Source of the DNA: Candidatus Rokuibacteriota bacterium
GTDB taxonomy: Bacteria; Methylomirabilota; Methylomirabilia; Rokubacteriales; DASRDR01
Direction of reading: 5' to 3'
DNA: 20,099 nucleotides
NCBI GenBank assembly: GCA_044866005.1
Contig: JBIOTN010000161.1
Span: forward strand, 1-20,099
Shown here: positions 16,554-20,099 of the stretch, one piece after another
How the letters are laid out: each line of letters begins with the position of its first letter
Numbering within the stretch: the first letter of the stretch is position 1
Notes under the pieces: model-generated
Database searches by the model: none
The model's input: only the letters and a program-made list of their open reading frames with translations
What the model was told of the DNA's origin: nothing
Made by a program: the position numbers and the translations under genes

Positions 16554-17939
16554 ATGCGACCGATTTTTCGAGGGCCGCGGCGCCTGGGCCTCGCCTGCCT
16601 GGCCGGGCTCCTCACGCTCACGCCGGCGCTCGCGCGCGCCCAGGCCGGCGGGCCGCGGCCGGGGGCCGCCCCGCCCGTAACCCAGGTGCCCCTGACCCCG
16701 ACGCCTGCTGCCCCGGCGTCGGGGGCGCCCACGGCCGAGCTCTCGGGCGCCGTCCGGCGCGCGGCGGAGGCCGTGATCCCCGCCGTGGTCACGGTGCGCA
16801 CGCCGACCAGCGCGGGGTCCGGCCTCGTCGTCGACGCGAACGGCCAGGTGCTGACGACGGATCGCCTGGTGAGCGGGAGCGGCGCGATCCAGATCGTCCT
16901 GCCGGACGGCCGGGCGCTCCCCGTGACCGCGATCAGCCGGGACCCGGATCGCGACCTCGCGGTGCTCAAGGTCGACGCGACCGGCCTGTCCGCGGTGCCG
17001 CTCGGCACGCCGAAAGCCGCGCGGGCCGGCGACGTGGTGATGGGCATCGGCCGCCGTGCCGGGGGCGACGTGACGATCGCCGTGGGCACGATCACCAGCG
17101 GGGCGACGGCCCCGGGGCCCGGGCGTGCCGGCGGGCTCATCCAGACGGACCTCGCCACCGTGGCGGAGGCCTCCGGCGGCCCCCTCGTGAGCGCGCGGGG
17201 CGAGGTGCTCGGGGTCGCGACGACGGCGCCGCGGACGGGCGGCGGGGCGTCGGCCGGCCTGGCGGCGGTCCCGATCGACCGCGCCAGACCGCTGCTCCGA
17301 CCGGGGCGGGTCGCGGAGGCCGGCCGCCCGCTCGGCCTGTCGCTCCAGCCGCTGACGCCCGAGCTGGCGCGGTCCTTCGGCGTCCGGGAGACGCGCGGCC
17401 TCGTCGTGGCCGCGGTCGAGCGCGAGTCGCCGGCGGAGCGCGGCGGCCTCCGGCCCGGCGACGTCATCGTCACGGTCGACGGCCAGGCGGTGGGAACCGT
17501 GGAGGAGCTGGGCGCCCGCCTCGCCGGCGTGCCGAGCGGCCGGACGGTCGAGCTCCAGGTGGTGCGCGACGGCACGCCGCGGCCGGTCCGCGTCGCCGTG
17601 GCTGGATCCCCGCCGGCGCGCGAGGCCGGCGGGTCGGTGGGCCTCGCCGCCCGCTACGGCCTCGAGGTGCGCCAGCTCACGCCGGAGCTGGCGCGCCGGC
17701 TCGGCGTCCAGAGCGAGCGCGGCGTCGTCGTCACCGAGGTCCGCGCCGACTCGCCGGCGGCCCGGGCCGGCCTGACGCCCGGCGACCTGATCCGCGAGGT
17801 GAACCGGGTGCCGGTGGAGACGGTGCCGGACGTCGAGCGCGGCGCCGCACGCGCCGGGGGCGGCGGCGCAGCCGAGGAGCTGCTCTTGCGGGTGGAGCGG
17901 GAAGGCGCCGCGCGCTACGTCGTCATGCGGGCCGGCTGA
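16554..17939 (+). CDS. HtrA/DegP-like protein (trypsin-like + 2 PDZ) with degenerate active site; probable pseudoprotease
   Basis: AAGGAGG SD, ATG 16554 and signal peptide; PAVVTV, GSGLVV, TTDRLV (for TNxHVV), RDLAVLKV, QTDLATVAEASGGPL (for QTDAAINPGNSGGPL); two PDZ domains close to those of 7782-9302. Confidence 0.88.
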   Translation: MRPIFRGPRRLGLACLAGLLTLTPALARAQAGGPRPGAAPPVTQVPLTPTPAAPASGAPTAELSGAVRRAAEAVIPAVVTVRTPTSAGSGLVVDANGQVLTTDRLVSGSGAIQIVLPDGRALPVTAISRDPDRDLAVLKVDATGLSAVPLGTPKAARAGDVVMGIGRRAGGDVTIAVGTITSGATAPGPGRAGGLIQTDLATVAEASGGPLVSARGEVLGVATTAPRTGGGASAGLAAVPIDRARPLLRPGRVAEAGRPLGLSLQPLTPELARSFGVRETRGLVVAAVERESPAERGGLRPGDVIVTVDGQAVGTVEELGARLAGVPSGRTVELQVVRDGTPRPVRVAVAGSPPAREAGGSVGLAARYGLEVRQLTPELARRLGVQSERGVVVTEVRADSPAARAGLTPGDLIREVNRVPVETVPDVERGAARAGGGGAAEELLLRVEREGAARYVVMRAG

Positions 17940-17942
17940 CGC

Positions 17943-18093
17943 CCCGAGGACGCCGCTGGGCGACGCCGATCGGCCCCCGGGCCGAGACGCGAGCCCCGCT
18001 AGGACGCAGGGAGGAGGCGGGCTGAGGCGTATGCCTCATACGTTGAGGTCCGCCGACAACCCGAGGACGCCGCGGGGCGACGCGGATCGGCCC
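17943..18093. repeat. 34-bp direct repeat pair flanking a structured 83-bp core
   Basis: CCCGAGGACGCCGC[T/G]GGGCGACGC[C/G]GATCGGCCC at 17943-17976 and 18060-18093 (32/34 identical). The core holds TGAGGCGTATGCCTCATACGTTGAGG. Confidence 0.8.
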
Positions 18094-18098
18094 GGAGG

Positions 18099-18776
18099 TC
18101 AGCGGTCGGGGGTCGCCGGACCCTGGACAGGCGCCTCCGGCCGCCTGTCGGGCACCGGTGCCCGGCCCGGCGTCCGGGCGGGCGCGGGGAGCGGCTTTCG
18201 CGGCGCCACGGGCGTGCGGTGGTCCTCGAGCACGTCCACGACGCCGGAGGCGAGGCCCCGCCCCAGATCCTGGTCGGACTTCCGCTTGATGGCGGTGGAG
18301 ACGCCGCGCACGTAGTAGACCGCGAGCGGCGAGGGCTGGCCATCCTCGAGGAACTCCACGCGCGCCAGGATCTCGCTGTAGGCGCTGATGGCCTGGGAGA
18401 AGCCCTCGGCGGGCCAGTGCGTGGTCAGCCTCGTCCGGATGAGCAGCGCGGGCCCCCCGCCGCCCGGGAAGAGCTTCGCGTCCCGGATGGCGCGGCGCAG
18501 CTCCTCCTCGACGACCTTCGCGAGCGAGGTCGGCACCGGTCCCGCGTCCTCGGAGCGCTCGACGGGGAGGACCCTGACGGAGCGGTAGCGATCGAGCGCG
18601 GGGCCCCGGGGCAGCGGCGTGACCTCGCGCACCTCTCCCCGTCCGCCGCGCACCTCCGAGACACCCTTGCCGAGCAGGTCCGTCAGGCCGGGGATCGCGC
18701 ACCCGGCGGAGCCGAGCGCCCCGGCGAGCGCGAGCGCCCCGACCGCCCGCCCCACGCGGCGGACCGGCGGCGCCAC
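18099..18776 (-). CDS. Putative lipoprotein, DUF4410-like alpha/beta domain (start uncertain: GTG 18776 or ATG 18830)
   Basis: Signal RRVGRAVGALALAGALGSAGC; LDRYRSVRVLP...LAKVVEEELRRAIRDAKLF...ALLIRTRLT...ARVEFLE...LGRGLASGVVDVL. Confidence 0.65.
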   Translation of the reverse strand: MAPPVRRVGRAVGALALAGALGSAGCAIPGLTDLLGKGVSEVRGGRGEVREVTPLPRGPALDRYRSVRVLPVERSEDAGPVPTSLAKVVEEELRRAIRDAKLFPGGGGPALLIRTRLTTHWPAEGFSQAISAYSEILARVEFLEDGQPSPLAVYYVRGVSTAIKRKSDQDLGRGLASGVVDVLEDHRTPVAPRKPLPAPARTPGRAPVPDRRPEAPVQGPATPDR

Positions 18777-18789
18777 GCCCGCGGGCGTG

Positions 18790-19062
18790 TCACTTCGCGG
18801 GAGCGGTCGTGGTTCGGGACGCGATCGCATCGCCGGTGATGACGAAGACGACTTCGCCGTCGGAGGCCCGGTAAACCCACGTCTCGAGCGTGAGCGGCCC
18901 GATCCCGGAGGCCTCGAACCGATCGGGCTTGCCGAGCGCTCGCTCGAGCTCCGCCTTGGTCGTGGCGCGCTCCGCCTTGTGGAGGATGTCCTGCTTCGAC
19001 CCACGGCCGCAGCCGGCCAGCAGGAGGGAGGAGAGCAGCAGGACCGCCCAGCGTCGCGTCAT
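18790..19062 (-). CDS. Small lipoprotein with BamE/SmpA/OsmE-like signature
   Basis: Lipobox LAGC; TTKAELERALGKPD...ETWVY...VVFVI pattern. Confidence 0.7.
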   Translation of the reverse strand: MTRRWAVLLLSSLLLAGCGRGSKQDILHKAERATTKAELERALGKPDRFEASGIGPLTLETWVYRASDGEVVFVITGDAIASRTTTAPAK

Positions 19063-19150
19063 CGCCCTCGCCCGCTGGCCGCGGGGCCCGCGCGCCCGGG
19101 CGTTCGCGACGCCAACGGGCGCGAGGGTCCCGACACGGCCAGGGAGCGCG

Positions 19151-19180
19151 AGTCTAGTGGGGAACCCCGGGATGTGTCAA
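19151..19180 (-). promoter_or_regulatory. sigma70-type promoter of the lipoprotein pair
   Basis: Minus strand TTGACA-N18-TAGACT, ~90 nt upstream of ATG 19062. Confidence 0.7.
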
Positions 19181-19224
19181 GAAATGCGGTCGCGCCGGAG
19201 AACGCCGCGCCGTCGCGGAGATAC

Positions 19225-19252
19225 GGAGGGGTTCGGAGGGAGCGTCGAGGCC
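19225..19252 (-). repeat. Degenerate REP-like copy after the SDR stop
   Basis: Minus strand GGCCTCGACGCTCCCTCCGAACCCCTCC versus copy 3 GGCCTCGACGGCCCCCTCCGATGCCTCCCCC. Confidence 0.5.
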
Positions 19253-19259
19253 GCGGAGC

Positions 19260-20042
19260 TCAAAAGAGCGAGCGCGACTGGCCGCCGTCCACGTTGAGGC
19301 AGGCCCCGATGACGAGGCTCGCCGCGTCGGAGGCCAGGAACGCGACGACGCGCGCCACCTCCTCCGGGCGCCCGAAGCGCCCGAGCGGCATGTCGGCCTT
19401 CACGAACGCCGCGATGCCGTCGGGATCCTCGCGGAGCCGCCGGTCCCAGCCGCCGCCCGGGAAGAGGATCGAGCCCGGCGCCACGCTGTTGACGCGGATC
19501 CCGAGCGGCGCCAGCTCCAGGGCCAGGGCCTTGGACATCGCGATCTCGGCCGCCTTCGCCGCGATGTAGGTGGGCCGGCGCACGTACGCTCCGCCCCACT
19601 CGCGCCCGTAGATCGATGCGATGTTGACGATCGCGCCGCGGCCGTGTGCCCGCATGTGGGACACGGCGAGGCGACTCGCGCGCACGGCCGGCATGAGGTT
19701 CCAGTCGATCGCCCGCTGCCACTCCTCGGCGCTCGTCTCCTGGAAGGCCGCCCCGGTCGAGCCGCCGACGTTGTTCACCAGGATGTCGATCCCGCCGAAG
19801 GCCGAGATCATCGCCTCCACGGCCTCGCGGACCCCGCGCTCCGTCGTGACGTCCGCGACCACCGCGAGCGCGTCCGCGCCGAGCGCGCGCACCTCCACCG
19901 CCGCGGCCTCGAGCGCATCCTTGCCGCGCGCGCACAGGCCGACCCGACAGCCCTCGCGGCCCAGCTCGACCGCGATGGCGCGCCCGATCCCGCGGCTCGC
20001 GCCGGTGACGAGCGCCGCCCGCCCGCGCAACCCGAGCTCCAT
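19260..20042 (-). CDS. SDR family NAD(P)-dependent oxidoreductase
   Basis: MELGLRGRAALVTGASRGIG, DILVNNVG, IVNIASIYG, YIAAK (YxxxK), GIRVNSVAPG, PLGRFGRPEEVA, VDGG; GGGAGG SD before ATG 20042. Confidence 0.93.
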   Translation of the reverse strand: MELGLRGRAALVTGASRGIGRAIAVELGREGCRVGLCARGKDALEAAAVEVRALGADALAVVADVTTERGVREAVEAMISAFGGIDILVNNVGGSTGAAFQETSAEEWQRAIDWNLMPAVRASRLAVSHMRAHGRGAIVNIASIYGREWGGAYVRRPTYIAAKAAEIAMSKALALELAPLGIRVNSVAPGSILFPGGGWDRRLREDPDGIAAFVKADMPLGRFGRPEEVARVVAFLASDAASLVIGACLNVDGGQSRSLF

Positions 20043-20099
20043 CCACGCCTCCCGCAACAGGGCCGGCCGCCGCGCGCGCCTCCGGCGGCGTCCGGCCCG

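Noticed and set aside
17943..18093. Mini CRISPR array
   Set aside because: Only two repeats, an 83-nt structured spacer and no cas genes.

Overview
Very GC-rich bacterial DNA. The gene families and repeat style resemble Candidatus Rokubacteria (Methylomirabilota); this is an inference, not a search result. The left end (1-~2790) is a visibly less GC-rich patchwork: an ABC substrate-binding protein gene with an in-frame N-terminal zinc-ribbon, a decayed IS3-family element, gene fragments and an AT-rich cluster of inverted repeats. The rest looks like backbone for stress and envelope maintenance: a CocE/NonD hydrolase, treY, an intact HtrA/DegP protease, a site-2 protease with CBS domains, a glycine-zipper lipoprotein, an M48 lipoprotein peptidase, a GlsB/YeaQ/YmgE protein, a broken stress SDR, a DUF2188-like protein, a hemerythrin, an amidohydrolase, a second HtrA paralogue lacking its catalytic His, two small lipoproteins and an SDR. 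The most notable signals are (i) four correctly spaced sigma54 -24/-12 motifs in front of general-stress genes, (ii) an active/pseudo-protease HtrA pair, (iii) the zinc-ribbon/SBP fusion and (iv) REP-like palindromic elements placed right at stop codons.
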